Source of the DNA: Balanoglossus misakiensis
Taxonomy: Eukaryota; Animalia; Hemichordata
NCBI GenBank assembly: GCA_040954595.2
Contig: CM082597.2
Span: 7,527,849-7,591,848 of the forward strand
Length of the DNA stretch: 64,000 bases
Reading direction: 5' to 3'
In this document: positions 13,213 through 27,484 of the stretch, in pieces
Position numbering within the stretch: position 1 is the first letter of the stretch
Layout of the letters: every line of letters begins with the position of its first letter
Notes under the pieces: generated by a model
The model's database searches: none
Told to the model about the DNA's origin: nothing
What the model saw: only the letters and a program-made list of their open reading frames with translations
Position numbers and translations under genes: made by a program

Positions 13213-15470
13213 ATGGGACTAAACAGGTATGTGTTGACTGTTTTTCTTGTTTGTTTTTTATTATTATCATCATTATTATCATTATTATATTGCCATGTTG
13301 AAGTCATAAGTATGTTTCTGACTTTGTCTGACGAGAACAAATCTGACAAATTCTAAAATTTATGAAAAGTGCGTATACGTACGTTGTTAACAATATAAGA
13401 ATTTCGAATTTTAGAAAATTTGCTCTGTTTTTCAAAATTTTGTCACGGTGAACCCAAATTTTTATTCTCAACTCTAAGAGTGAATGTCCTAAATTAATTT
13501 TGCCTTAAGCAAAATATGACAGAAATACTTTGATTTTCGAGGCGTATTCTACCTTAATTTTTAATGTTGTCAATCCAATTCACAGGCGATTGGCGACCTA
13601 TTCAGCAATGTTCTTTTTGTTTGTAACCCATGGCAACACAAACGGTAGGCAATGAAAGATGGTTTGCTTTAACTTCGATCATAAAAAAGATTTCATGTCA
13701 CATTTGAAGGTGTAGGTCATGAAATCTAAGACTGTCAATTCAAAATGATAGTTATATTTGTAAGAATATCTTCCTGCATATAGCGTCTACTTATTTTACG
13801 AATCCACAACTTCTTACGCTAGGAAACTATCCATGGAAATCTTTTTATAAGATGAATATACTCGGTTTTCAGCATCGTCTACAAACCAAAACAATTTTCC
13901 ATTTTTTTTATTTTAGGCTTGGAGATACATTTTGAAGTAACCAATCCCAACCCCAGGCTGATCACGTACACACCTTCCCAACCGACCGAGATTGCGTGTG
14001 ATGTCACTCTCCTGACACGTGACTGTAACTACACATTTGTGGCCTTTGCTATGTATTTCAGAGGCAACAATATGTCTAATGCAGTCATCGTTCAACAGGA
14101 CGCCATTTTGTTTGGGGATCTCGTCTCGCAGCACCAGACTCATCAAATCACAAACGCGGTGGTTGCTATGCAACCTGACGCCGAGAACTGCTGGGATTTC
14201 TATGACTTATGCATCCGGGTACTGTTTGAAGACCGCAACGACTGTAGTTGTGATTCCTGGTGTCATTACGATGAATTCTGTGTGCCATTAGATTGTGCAA
14301 ATGCAGGAGAAATCAACTGCATGGGTAAACAAACAAAGTTTATCACAATTGTTGATTTTTAAAGTCCCAATAGCTGCTACTTTTATCATATTTAATTGAT
14401 AAAATACCTTCAACCTTCTCCTTATAATTAGTCTACAGAAGGCATTTTTGAATTTGTGCTGTTGCCAATATGCATGCGCGCATACCACCATAGTTGTGTA
14501 CACCTGCAATGGGATGCTAAATAAATAGGTGCGGCACCCGTTTAATTTTTAAAGCCCAAATAGCTGCCCCTCTTTGCATATTTGTAATTAATACAATCCT
14601 TCATTCTTCTGAATATCCTTAGTCGATAAATGACACTATTTTGACTTTGTGGTGATCCTAACACGCATGTGTGTATACCACGATAGTTGCGTACCCTTGC
14701 AATGTGCAGATGAAAATGTCTCTGGCCTAAAGGCCTTGCCTGCAACATATGGCACGGCAGAGTGACATGCAATCTTGTGTCAATATTTTGTTTGAATTTT
14801 TTTTCCAGCTACCGAATCACCTTCGGTGGAATCTTGGACCACTGAGTCTGTGACAGACTACAGTAAGTACAATCGGTGATTAAAAACCGTCAATGACACA
14901 TTTCAATTTTTCGACATTAATGAAAATTAAATAAGGATCTCCTGAAATGTGTCTACAAACGGGATGAAAGTTGTGTGTGGTCGAATGTTCATTCACTATA
15001 TATCCACATGTAGAATAACACAAGCGGTGTTTTGTACTAAACATAATTAATGGAAAAAAGGGCAGCGAGAGAGAAAGAGTTTGTCCCTTTAAAGCGACAA
15101 AGTCGCTTCCTTTTGACGTTTTTGTTTCGGTGATTTTCTTTATATAAGCTGTTTAATATGCCGTTCTGCTCGCTGAAACATGCCAAATGACTTCTTGTCA
15201 TGGCTCGCTTCACAACTATCATCTGCCCATTGCAAGAGTACACATCACTATTGGGGCATGCACACAAGGGTGTTAATTTACATACATAAATATTACAAAT
15301 GAATACTTCCAAAAGAAATAAAAATAACCAAGACAGTGAATGAAAAGCGTCCCTTCTAAAATAATATTCTTTATTTTTCAGAATCCGGTGCTTCCGGTTT
15401 TGATAACATCGCTATGGTGATGATAGCAATCCTGGTTTTCTCAAACCTAATTAAGACAAACATCATCTAG
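13213..15470 (+). CDS. Cys-rich protein of unknown family, paralogue 3, predicted GPI-anchored (207 aa)
   Basis: join(13213..13226,13586..13644,13917..14324,14809..14862,15382..15470), all in frame. Signal-like N-terminus, then the domain exon, an S/T/E-rich stalk exon (ATESPSVESWTTESVTDY) and a last exon KSGASGFDNIAMVMIAILVFSNLIKTNII* with small residues followed by a hydrophobic tail. Confidence 0.8.
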
Positions 15471-18296
15471 TTTTCTTATCACGAAATTGCGAGATTTATA
15501 GTGATTAATTGTAATGACTTAGATGTTGGTAAAAACAGATATCTTTCATATGATACAATCTCCACATTTTATTTTCCAACAGACTTTCACTTAGCCATGC
15601 ATGAGCTACAGTATCGTTCACAAACAACTCTGCTTTATGGACAAGCCTTCCAATTTTACTGAACGACAGCTACACAGAAGTGCACTGACATCCTATATTT
15701 CATGTTATCATTTCCGCTACATGTTTCTAGGGATTAAACTCTTAATCTGGTCTGTTATCAGATTACCATCACATCTGCTCGTTGAATAAACTGAAAAGGG
15801 TCACGTGATCACTTGAATAACTATAAATCGACAAAACAGACACGGATGATTTTCCCAATATTCCTATTTCAGCACATACGCAGGTGTTTATCTAGATCTA
15901 ACACATTGTGAACTCTTTGTTGTTATAAGATAGCCAGACATGTTGTAGACATCTACTGAAACTGCCTTGCCATTTTACTAAACAACTCTTTTTTCAATAA
16001 AAATATTAGCTTAGCATTTTTTGTTTCAAAAATTATATCAGATTGACATGTGAGATTTTAAACACCTTTTGACGAAATGTTAAAGGCTATCACAAAGTAG
16101 TTGCAATCATCATTTAATCTTCAGAAATATATGTGTCGTGTGCATTGTACTTTGTGTGTTACTGATTGCAATCTTGGGTACAGATTCTGTTTTAGATATA
16201 GGTACATTTGGAGATAGACATATTTTGGATATAGACGTCTATGTCCTAAATAAACAATTATACGTGGCTGTTTCTTTGCATATTCTCGACGCCTGCAGTA
16301 TTTTAAATAATAATAATAAAAATGCAATAAAAGAAAATTAAAAGTCGTAGGCGTGTTCACGTTTATATTGATATATAAATTTGATTGACATTGACAGTAG
16401 AACAGATATACACAGCAAGCTGTTAGGTATCGACTAACATATAAACAGACTGGATAAGCAAGATAGGGCCATCAGCTGTCACAAAAGAACTATACACCTA
16501 GAACAATAATCATCCACAAAAGTGCTCAATTTCCCCGAGATGTATTCTGACATAGAACAATTACCATAAATTATTTTTACATTTTAAAAGGGCGACGATC
16601 GTCTTATGCGCATGTGCCAAATCAGAGACTCTGGTTACAAAAAATTGTATACATTCGATGATATAAGGATGAGTGCTATCCTAATAACAGGCACGATAGC
16701 GGCGACTATATTTTGTGTCGGAGATGGGGAAAAGACAGCAAATTGACAAAATAAAAGTCTACTTATACTGTGTGCATGAAATATGGTGGGAAGAGTAGGC
16801 AGTCCCCTATTTGAATGCGTCGAACGAAAAATTTGCAGAACATATTTCGGTAAAATTTAGTATTTTAAACCCTAAAACGAACATACTTCAGCACTACGTC
16901 GGCTGAAACAATTCAAATATGAATAAACCGTTGTCCCCAAAACAGTATTTTATTGTGGATGTTCCCGCCAATGGACCATTTTCCGAACTCCCCAAGACCT
17001 TGCGAGATCACGCGTGCCCAGGCAGTTTATAGTATGGAGGACATTCTTACATGACGCAGGACAGCACATGGTCTATTAATGTGAAACGGCACAAATTTTA
17101 GTTTTACTAAACTCTGCACATATTCTAATATAACTTTGTAAAAAACTAGACCTGTATTACATTGCTAGCTATGGTAAAATATCCAAGTCTCGCGAGATCT
17201 CACAATTAGCAGAAAATCATCTACTAGTATTTTCAGACGTCGATCTTTGCAGTCTCACCAAGCAAGAGCTAGACTAGGCATCACGTGATCCTGGTTTGGA
17301 TGCGTTTTGAACTTTTAGAAAGTGCCATCGGATTTGAAATAAAGTGTCATTATAAAGCAAACATTGAGAGCCAACTAAAGCAATATTGAATATGCCAGCG
17401 ATGACGTCACCGAAACCTGTTGCATAAAACTTTAGGGCCATCAGAAAGGACTTCATAATCAGTCAGTAAGTGTAACAAAATTGACATCACTGTGATTCTT
17501 GGGAAAGCGGCTTGCGCGTGGATTTACAGTAAGTATATTTTCTATGTATTAGAAATAGACTTACATTATACGGTTTCTTTTCATCAAAATGAACAACATC
17601 TTTTGGCATTGACCACTCAGAAAACGGCCTTCAATATAACAGACAATAGGCGCCACACTAACTATAGCGCTCTTCATAAATATATGCAATGAACGGTGAA
17701 AATTGTAACCATGGAGTATTTTTCACAGAAACTTAATCACATAAAACGGAAGAAATTACGTGTTTCTCAAGGCCACTCTACTATTTATAATTTCATTGTA
17801 AATTGCCATATTTTTTAGAAATGGCGAGAAGTTTAAAACCCCATGAGCTGCTAAATTTTACATATTTTTTCCACCTTAAAATACTTCAATCTTCTCAATA
17901 TCCTTTCATATCCTTACTATTAAGCCATATTACTTGAATTTGCATCAAATGTAATCTTTTGGTAACTTATTCCACGATAGTTGTGTGCGCTTTGTAGGGA
18001 GGCCGATTAAACGGGTTCGTCACCAGTTTAATAAATCAGTTCTTCAAATTGTAATTGCAACATACAGCCACAATCGGGCGTCTGCAAGATGCTCATGTGT
18101 ACCTATCGATAAGCTTATTTACATGGACCAATCTAAGTTGAAATTTTTAAATCATGAAAATAATGCAAAATGTACTGGTAAAGGTATGGGATCTCACAAA
18201 CTCTGTTAATAAAATCGATAGGCCTACCCATTCTTACATTCAGCTATGGTTGATCATTTGTAGGGATATTCAATATTTCAGTCTGCAACTTGCAAG

Positions 18297-20534
18297 ATGC
18301 CTCAAACACAGCAGAAGTGTTTACTATCTCTTGTGTGTCTTCTGGTCATTTGTTTGATATTCTTCGAGTATCATATAGATACTGACAACAGTAAGTTTTC
18401 TTTTCCCCTTCTATATCCAAAGGTTAGAGATACTTGGGACTTAAGGGTATACGACCACCTATGAAAGTTATAGTGCGCATGCGTGGTGTAGTATCGATAT
18501 CCATGGCACTGCTGTAAAACATATTGACGTACACATTGATAATTTAAGCTCCATTAGCTGTAACTTTTCGCTATGATTTCAGTGCTTTTGCTATGCTTAT
18601 CAATACAAACTATATATGTGCGTATTGTCAGCACTCTTATTGTCTAAAATGTGAATTCAAGTCCGGACTAGAATTCATTTGTCAACAATAACAATGGCCG
18701 TTACGTACATACAGGTCATGTTAACACACAAAGTGATGGGTAATTCAGCATGCTGCTTAGAGTAGAACAAGCAATTGCATTGGGTACACAGAACAATAAT
18801 ACAACAAATAATGTTCCTTTAATTTATATCACTATTTATGTTCATCATCTCCAAACAGGCTGGATGTTAGATCTTCCCCACAAATTCAAGAGTTCATGGG
18901 ACAAGGAAATCTCTCAAATAAGTGAATTCGCTAACACAGCGCTAGACAGTGGCAGAGTTGGGGAAGGGAACCAGACTACTGATAAAGAACGTCAGGAACA
19001 TCCGGAATCCAAAAGAACACCGGTTAGTTATTACTAAATTAATGAAAATTAAATTTAGTCATGCTTGATTTTACATTATGGAGGGCATATTTAAGAACTG
19101 TAATGGTATTCATAATATTTTCGAGATATTGTAATAACTATTCTGACAATCTAATTGATGAATTGAGTCATATTTTTGATGTATTTTATTATAGGGCAAC
19201 ATCGCTTTTTTCTGTCATGAGATATCGACACAATGTCCCGCAAAATTGTGGTGCGTCTTGGCGATTTCGTCGAATAAATTATTGAACATTAAATTTGATC
19301 ATGCTTGATTGGTTACCTCTGCTGTGCAACTGTGGTTTGTCGAAATAAAAATTCTCATGAAAAGGGGGGGGGGAGACTTCATGATTGACTGTGACAAAAA
19401 ACATGTCAGGCCTATACACCTATACTTTTTGGGGAAGGGGTTGAAAATTGAAGTGAAATCTTCATTGCAGTACAACATATTTTATCATAGCAACTTGAAA
19501 TAGTTTTTTTTTAATTATCAACTAAATACATGGCTCTGTATTTCAAAAACAAGTGCGGTGACCCCTATAATTTATCACGGATTTTCATATAAACATACAC
19601 AGGATAATCCAAAAGTCAACAATTAAACGAAATGACAATGCTTTCAATTTTGACGAACGTACATCCTTAACAACATGTAATTTGATTGGTTCAACAGACG
19701 CACACTAGAGGAAGATTGACAGAATCTGATATACATCGAATCGAAGCTGAACAAAGCAGAAGAAGATTGGTGATAAGTAAGGTCTGTGAAGAAGCCAGAC
19801 AAAATGGTAGTTTTCTGGGTAGCAATGGGGATTTCATCGTTGTTGATGAGTACAAGTTGCTCTACTGCAACACGGCGAAAGTGGCTTCCACATCATGGCT
19901 GCGTATACTGTTTGTGCTTTCTGGAAAAGTCGACTCCATGCAAGAATTGCTTGAGAGAAAAATGAACGTCCAGGGAAAGAAACTACCAGCCTACACAGGA
20001 AACGACCGAGACCACATGCCGCCATATTTCACCTTCATGTTTTCCCGCCACCCATTCTCACGACTCCTGTCTGCCTACAGGGACAAATTTGAAACACCGG
20101 GGTGGTACATCACACAAACCAAAATCGAGATCATCAGAACATACCGCAAGAACCCCTCAAATCACAGTTTACAAACAGGCGATGACGTCACATGGGAGGA
20201 ATTTGTGAAATACATCACCAACGGCAACCCAAGGAGCTTCAACCACCATTTTCGACCACAATACTTGTACTGCGGACCCTGCACCTATAATTTCGATTTC
20301 TTTGGGAAAATAGAAAATATCGCTGAAGAGAGTGAATATGTTCTACAAAAACTCAACGTCAGTGCTGACGTCACATTTCCATATGATACACGAAAGACGA
20401 ACAGCTCAGAGAATGAGATTTTACAATCCTATTACAAACGACTCACCGATGATCAATTGGAGACATTAAACAAAATGTACGAACTTGACTTTCAGATGTT
20501 TGGTTACGAATTCCCTTGGCGGGTCTCGGGCTAG
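18297..20534 (+). CDS. Carbohydrate sulfotransferase, Sulfotransfer_2 (CHST8-14/HNK-1ST-like) family, 364 aa
   Basis: join(18297..18390,18859..19022,19698..20534). N-terminal type II anchor CLLSLVCLLVICLIFF; 5'-PSB motif YCNTAKVASTSW; 3'-PB motif FSRHPFSRLLSAYRDKF; HFRPQYxxCxPC and YELDFQMFGY C-terminal motifs. Confidence 0.93.
18660..18796 (+). repeat. Interspersed repeat fragment (copies at ~24412-24548 and, diverged, ~48091-48230)
   Basis: gtccggactagaattc..aacaataacaatggccgttac..gagtagaacaagcaattgcattgggtacacagaacaa is shared between copies. Confidence 0.75.
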
Positions 20535-20546
20535 TGGTTGCATATC

Positions 20547-20772
20547 CAGTCAAACCTGTGATTGTGGCCACCTCTATATAGTGGACCCTTTGTTAACACA
20601 ATCCCTGTGCAATTTACATGTACAGTCAAATCTGCGTTAGTGGCCACCTCTATATAGTGGCCATGTTGTTACAGTCCCTGTACAATTTGCATTTAATTAA
20701 CCTGTCTATAAAGGCCACCTGTCTATAAGGGCCAGTTTATGACTGCCTGGCCACTATAGACAGATTTGACTG
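20547..20772. mobile_element. Tc1/mariner-pogo-like MITE just 3' of the sulfotransferase stop, with an internal duplication
   Basis: CAGTCAAA..TG ends (cagtcaaacctg / cagatttgactg-TA) and repeated gtggccacctctatatagtgg motifs. Confidence 0.55.
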
Positions 20773-23700
20773 TACATAAGAACACAATACAATCACGGCC
20801 TCAAGGTTCTCTGCAGGCCATTATAGCATATATGGGCCACTACTGTATAATTTTGAGAAGACAATATAACCTTATTACAATAGCAATTGTTACTATTGTT
20901 TATAATAAGCAAATCAATTGCTACTCTGTCAGAAATTCCCGGGGAAGAATACAATTCTTTTATTTGTTAACAAGTCATTTTCCCAGGTACATTCATAGTA
21001 TGTATGGACTGGTGACCAAAAACATGAAATACATATTCACAAATTATCTTATCAATTCTTTTTCCTGTATAATGGTCGAACTTCAGCATATAAAATAATG
21101 GGTTTGGACTAAAGTAAACCATGGTGGGGAAAGGGCTAAAGGCCAAAGCACCCTATGTACACTTAGTCAAGAAAGGTGGGCAAATGTTATGTGCAAAGAC
21201 CTGGTATGGATTGGCAAGATCAATATATTAAAATCATGAAAATCAGGAGGAAAATCCTAACTAACTCTATCACTAGTTTCTTCTTTCCCAAATCTATACC
21301 ACCATCTTGAAAAATAAAATAGGAAATTTGAGCCCATATAAATGTTCTTTGTTGTCTTCTAATAATTTAATTACTGTGTGGTTGTCCCCTTGAGGAGAAT
21401 ATGTCCACCCACACCAGCACAAACCCCACTGCAGTCGCCACGACCTACTAGGATCTTCAGTTGCTGCCATGACCAGTCTATGCTACGGTTGGCTTCTTCG
21501 TTCATTCTAAGATTTATCTAATTTCAGGGATTTGTGGATGAACTGTAATGTTTATAAACCAACAAACACGGTGAGACGACCCCTTCAGTATTGAGTTTGA
21601 TCTATAATTAGATTCAAAAGTCTTGATCCAACCTGCAAAAAAAATCCAACTGTAGAATCAACCCTTTCACTCCCATATAGATGTCCAACCTTTACCATAA
21701 AAAATCTGTGACAAATTTATTTTTTGTTTTGTTCTAAACCCCAGATATTATTCATTCTGTCAGAAAAATACAATGAAAATTGTTGACAAAATAAGTCAGG
21801 ATTTTTGAAATGAAATTATTTCAAAATTTAAATGGGTTTAACCATTTCACCCCCAGTGCCCTCTACAAAGGTCCAACTTTACCTTAAAAACAACGGATTT
21901 GGACCAAACCATTGTGGTGAAAGGGTTAACAAAAAGAATTGTGATGAGACATTTGGATGTACATTTCAAGGACAATTTATTTTCTCAAACATGCAAAATC
22001 ATGCTTTATACATTAAAATAATAAATAATATTAACAATATAAACTATTATTTGCAATAAACTTCAACTATAATAAAAACAGACAGAATATCAATTTAAAT
22101 AGTACATGTACCTTTACACAACTGCTACACCATATGCACTTTGAAGATGTCGGTCATACAAGCAATACCAGTCTGATGCCAACATGTAGCGTCCAGCATG
22201 TAAAATAAAAATGCATGCAGCCATTTTTGTCTCGCCACAAAAAATCTACTACATAATCATCCCTCATCTCTTAAAGCTCCCAATTAATCATCAGATTTGT
22301 CTCAAAGACAATGTATTTCCAAAAAAATAAATAAAATGAAGAACAATTGATTGACAAACTTAATGGGCAAGTCACACATCTGCTAATGCCAGAATGACGG
22401 CTTGAGAGGGTGGCCTTAACCCTTTCACCATAATGGTTCAGTCCAAACCCATTGTTTTCTGTGGTATAATTAAAGTTGGACCTCTATAGAGGGAAGTGGG
22501 GGTGAAAGACAGATTACCATGGACAACCCCGTCAAACCAATTTTTAAAACACAGAGAGATGGGTAACAGTTACCTTTTCACCCTTGTTTCTCTTTGTGAA
22601 GATCCAATTTTGTTATGTTATGTTATGTAGAAAGGAATAGATTTGGACCAAACCATGGTGGTGAAATAGTTGTACATGAGTTGTCATCCCTAAAGGTAAT
22701 ACAAAATTCCATGCTAAAAGTAATTTTAGTCACTTTGAATGCAAAACCAAAGCAAACCTCACAAACTACCTTTAGGTCAAATTCATATTGGCAACTGCTA
22801 TCTGATTTTAAGACATTTTATCAGACAGTTTTTGAATTCTGAAATAATTCTGTTATGCCTGATAAGTATGTATGTTACATATCTCCAATACAAAAAGCTA
22901 AGATTGTCATTGTAGGGATTTACAGGTACTGCATACCACAGACAAATCTCCATCAACACTTCTGGAGTTTGATTCACGCAAAATGTTCGGATAAAAATAA
23001 TGAAACCAAAATCTGAATGCCTTGGATATTTTGTGTAATAAAATATTGATACAGAATTATTTATCAAGTGAACACTGGCCAACACTACAGACTGCATCTC
23101 CTATTCTGTTGAGCGAGTGAGTCCCTGAACACAACAAGCCACCTGGTATGCCAGGTGCACCAGGACACAGGAAGATTCTTTGTCGAGAGGAGCCAAACTT
23201 TACCCGAGGATTCTAGCCCAGTCTAGGCACAAAACATAGAGCTACTCCTTTGAGATAACACCATGCCTTTTATTAATAGCCAGGCAGGTTCTGAAGTTGA
23301 GGGCGCATGACTAGACTGCATGGGAAATGCTATTAAATAGCTTATAGCGCATCCGAGTCTAGTTGTACTCTCTCAACTTCAGATCATGCATGCTGTTAGC
23401 CCAGTGAATGAACACAAATAATTAGCAGGTCTAACAAGCCCATGAGTTCATTTGGCCTGGTGACTCTGAGCACCCCCCCCCCCCTCACCCCATGCACCCT
23501 TGGTGCACACAGCAAGCCAGAGTGAGCAATGTGCAGAAGATACAGTCTGTAGTGCAAAGTAAGTAGTGCCCTCTATTGGCATATTGAATATGTCATCTGA
23601 GTTCAACCCTTCTCCAGCAAAGACCAGAATGCATAGCCTCTTCAATTTCTACCAATTGTTATTCACAAATTCAAAGGAAATTTTTTTTCTGAATTAAACA

Positions 23701-24663
23701 GGAAATTATTTTCAACATCAACAATCAAAATCTCTGTTGTTTTTGTCAAATTATCAAGTTTAAGGAATCTCAGAGAGTTGTAGTTGTCACCTCATTGTCT
23801 TGTTGATGCAGTACGGATATCAAACTGAGAGTTTTAAACATTCATTTGGTACACAAAATAATAAACAAAATTAGATATTCACAAGGTTTGTGATTTACAG
23901 CCAACATATGAAAAATGTAACAATATGTTATGTTCCTAATATAGTAGCTCCTACACTGTATGTAACATAGTGTGAAATAAATTTGCATTGTTGACATTCA
24001 TGAAACAAAATATTGAATAGCCATATCATATATGGTTTTTAAATTTTCACAATCAACAAAATTGGAGAAAAGAAAGAATGACATGTTTAACAGGACTTCT
24101 TCATTTCTGATGTGTGTGCTATTTTCAGCAGAAATCATGTAACATAAGATTTTGGCAGTTTTACCGTACAACCACTTTGTCATCAGCTATATTGTCATTG
24201 TAAATGCTACTCAACTTCCTAAATAGAAATACTACATGAAGACGACACAATAGTGTTTTCACAACAGGTTTGTCCATGCATGGTTATTACATGTCAAGCT
24301 CCATTACTTTTCACTATGGTTTCATTACTACTGATGAAAGGCCCAGTACCCAGCTTATTAACACAACCTATGTGTATAGTCAATATTGTTATTGTGCAAA
24401 ATTTGTATTCTAGTCCGCACTAGAATTTCTTTGCCAACAATAACAATGGCCGTTACATACATACAGGTCATGTTGACACACAAAGTGATGGGTTATTCAT
24501 CATGCTGCTTAGAGTAGAACAAGCAATTGCATTGGGTACACAGAACAAAAATACTGAAAATGAAGCCAAAATTTACAGCTAAAGTCCCTTTAACATTTAC
24601 AACTATATTTCAACAATTGTGGCACACAGATTTTTGGAGTTGATTTCTTGGTTTCAGATTTCA

Positions 24664-25809
24664 TCACAGATCATATTTTAATGGTTGTCTACACATCGGA
24701 CAAATATCCCGGAAATTCAGCCATTGTAACAAACAGCCCCCATGCAAAACGTGATGACATGGTGTAACTCTCCCATAATGCATCTCTGTCAGGCAGACCA
24801 CACACAGTTTGGAATATTCTAGCTGCTGTTTTGTTGCAAGTGGAAAATTCCGAATTCCTTTACAGCTGTCAATGATGTTGTAGATGAAGGCCAGTGGGAA
24901 GAGCACAGTCGAGATAATGGCTACTGTGACTGCCATTAAAGATCGACCAATCTCGGTCGGGATTGTACCCGCACTAAATGCTGGGAAATAGTGTCTGAGA
25001 ATAAAACATGTAATAATAAGCAAGTCGTACACAACCAATGCGAGTTGTTGGAAAAACACGTGACTTCTTTGGCATTCGATGACACTGTGAATGATGTTAA
25101 AGAATCCGATGTTGAAAACTCGGGTCCATCGTCCAATTCTGGACAAAGATTCGTCCACACACCACATTCCAACGCGAGCTATGGATGCAAACGTGTGCTC
25201 CAGATTCTCCAAGACATCCCGCTGTACAAGCACGATCAGAACAATGGCTGAACAGAAGTAGACGACAGTATTGAATCCCAGCACACCAACTGGACTGTAC
25301 ATCAGTATAATAGACAAACTGTACAAGCACAACAGACAAGTCCGTCCGACTCTTGTGATTTGTAAATGCCCTCCAACGAACGTACTCATGAATTTACTCG
25401 CTGTGTGAAACTCCCACACACAGATGAAACCAAGTCCCAGAAACTGTTGGTATGGCAACATATCTTGGACGCGTAGTCGGATACCTAGGAGGCTTCTCAT
25501 CATCACTAAGAGGCATGGCAACTGACATAACCTTGACAACGGCCAGTAGATATCATCTTCACATGCTATGGCTATCAGCAGAAACAGCCTCCATAGACTT
25601 CTTCTGCTAGCTTTCCAGAAACTCTTGAAATTGGTCAGGATAAATGCACTGTTTCCAGAAAGGGACAGAATCCTTTGTATGGGTGACTTGACAGCATACA
25701 GAAGTATTATGGTGATGGCCGTAGCTTCATTGCTGTTCAAGCACAATCCTAATGTCAACATAAACAAAGTGACATCACCTGCAAAATAAAACAGACCAAT
25801 GAGAATCAT
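24664..25809 (-). CDS. Multi-pass membrane RING-H2 E3 ubiquitin ligase, RNF145/RNF139(TRC8)-like, 381 aa, uninterrupted CDS
   Basis: Single ORF with many hydrophobic segments and a C-terminal ATKQQL..CVVCLTEMHYGRVTPCHHVLHGGCLLQWLNFRDICPMC (C3H2C3 RING). An in-frame TAA lies 16 codons upstream (25855-25857). Confidence 0.85.
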   Translation of the reverse strand: MILIGLFYFAGDVTLFMLTLGLCLNSNEATAITIILLYAVKSPIQRILSLSGNSAFILTNFKSFWKASRRSLWRLFLLIAIACEDDIYWPLSRLCQLPCLLVMMRSLLGIRLRVQDMLPYQQFLGLGFICVWEFHTASKFMSTFVGGHLQITRVGRTCLLCLYSLSIILMYSPVGVLGFNTVVYFCSAIVLIVLVQRDVLENLEHTFASIARVGMWCVDESLSRIGRWTRVFNIGFFNIIHSVIECQRSHVFFQQLALVVYDLLIITCFILRHYFPAFSAGTIPTEIGRSLMAVTVAIISTVLFPLAFIYNIIDSCKGIRNFPLATKQQLEYSKLCVVCLTEMHYGRVTPCHHVLHGGCLLQWLNFRDICPMCRQPLKYDL

Positions 25810-26978
25810 CCATGAAATGTTAGGAATGGGATCTGATCTGATTGGCCAATAGTCTTAGATATATAAATATTCCAAGGCATATTCCTCAATTTCTTATTGA
25901 GTTCAACCAAATATATTACTTTATTATATTATATTGACTTTGTCATTGTTAGCTTTAGGTCAATATTAGCACACTGGCTTTTTTGAGAGAAGGAAATCCA
26001 TCATGATCAGATCCTTCAACGAACTCTAGCGAAAGTTGCTGAAACTGAAGAAAACATAGTTAATCTATTACACATTCTAATTCATATATTTTTCAGACGA
26101 GCCCCAATTTCCTTTTGATATGATTTTTTCTAAACAGGGGGGAAATAGCCGACCCGTACTAAAAGACGTATACGCCCATTGACCTTTGACCTAGTCAAGT
26201 TTTTAGGTACGGCCATACCTTCATATATAGCTGGATAGCGTTGTATGCAGCAAAGAATTGTCTGGAGCAATGATCAACTCGTTTCATTGCATTAACATCT
26301 CCACTTTTCATTTTGACTCTGGATCAGAGTCTGTTCGAAGTAATTTCTCATCTAGGTGAGGATATCGGTTCTCGCAAATTGTTTTGAGATGCATGCGACG
26401 CCCACGCAGCACAACGTATCGACGCCTGCAAATGATCCACCATGTATTTCATGAGGACATTCAGTTCATTTAAACTGATTAGTGTTGTAATGGCGAAACT
26501 TTGTCACTTTGCATGAAAATTAGCACGACAGTGACTCTAATTACGTTCGAGTAAAACAGGCTTATAATTAATACCTTCAGAGCTCATCAAACCTTCACTT
26601 ATAAGTTTGGCATGCCTTTATGACCAGTTTCAAATTAATTAAAATGTAACAACGGGCACTACATCTATATTAAAGATGAACTATTGTCCTTTTCTATAAT
26701 TTGAAGTAAGTAGGGGACTTAGGCGTGTTGTTATTACAAGAGTTTTAATTTCTTCTTTCTTCTTGTGTCAATTCTTTGCTCCACTAGATCTGAAAAGCCA
26801 CTGCACCTTGTGGTTTTCGTGGAAGCATACAACTTCTCGCCTGCGGCTCGAAGTTGCACTGCTCCGCGAAAACCACTCGTATCCGACGACGTCAAACAAA
26901 CAAAAGTTATCATGGCATTAAATGTAAACATACATACATACATACATACGCACGCAGGTATGCATGTATGTATGTTAA

Positions 26979-27484
26979 AGGTACATGAGATGCAACTGGA
27001 CAAAAAATTAAAATTTTAAATAATCTCATATATGCTTTTAATTATGTCTATTAAATGACATTTCATGATAATATATCAAGCTCAACACTTATTTATGACA
27101 AAATGGCCAAAAGTTAAAGAAAAGCAAAAAATTCCTGCAATTTTTAAAAAAAGGGCAATATTGCAATGAAAAAGGACAATATAATGTCTCAGCGGTGTAC
27201 ATTAACTTCCATGAGCTCAAGTGGATGAGATCATGTTTTGTTTATAAAGGTTCATAACCGGAAATGCAACATTTTCATTGTTTCTTGCATTTACCCACGG
27301 TGGCGGCCATATTCACTTGTGGCAAAGCTTTATTATTTATCTGGTTAAAACTTGCATATGCACTCATATTTAGGGTTTATAATGCTTGTGTATAGTTCAC
27401 TGCCTTCATCTGCATGGACTAATGGTAGTACAGTTTGAAACAAAAATTATGACAATTATCCCAAAAGTTGCAGCTTATGTGCCT
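26979..27484 (+). mobile_element. TTAA-flanked Kolobok-like MITE, family C copy 1 (~505 bp)
   Basis: TTAA-AGG.ACAT..G.TGCAAC / GTTGCAGCTTATGTGCCT-TTAA; highly similar to 30850-31353. Confidence 0.8.

Noticed and set aside
8332-14362. A single protein with three repeated domains
   Set aside because: Each domain exon is preceded by its own ATG and signal-peptide exons, and copies 1 and 2 end in stops.
23140-23170. Collagen-like PGMPGAPG
   Set aside because: Only three triplets, with no ORF or exon support.
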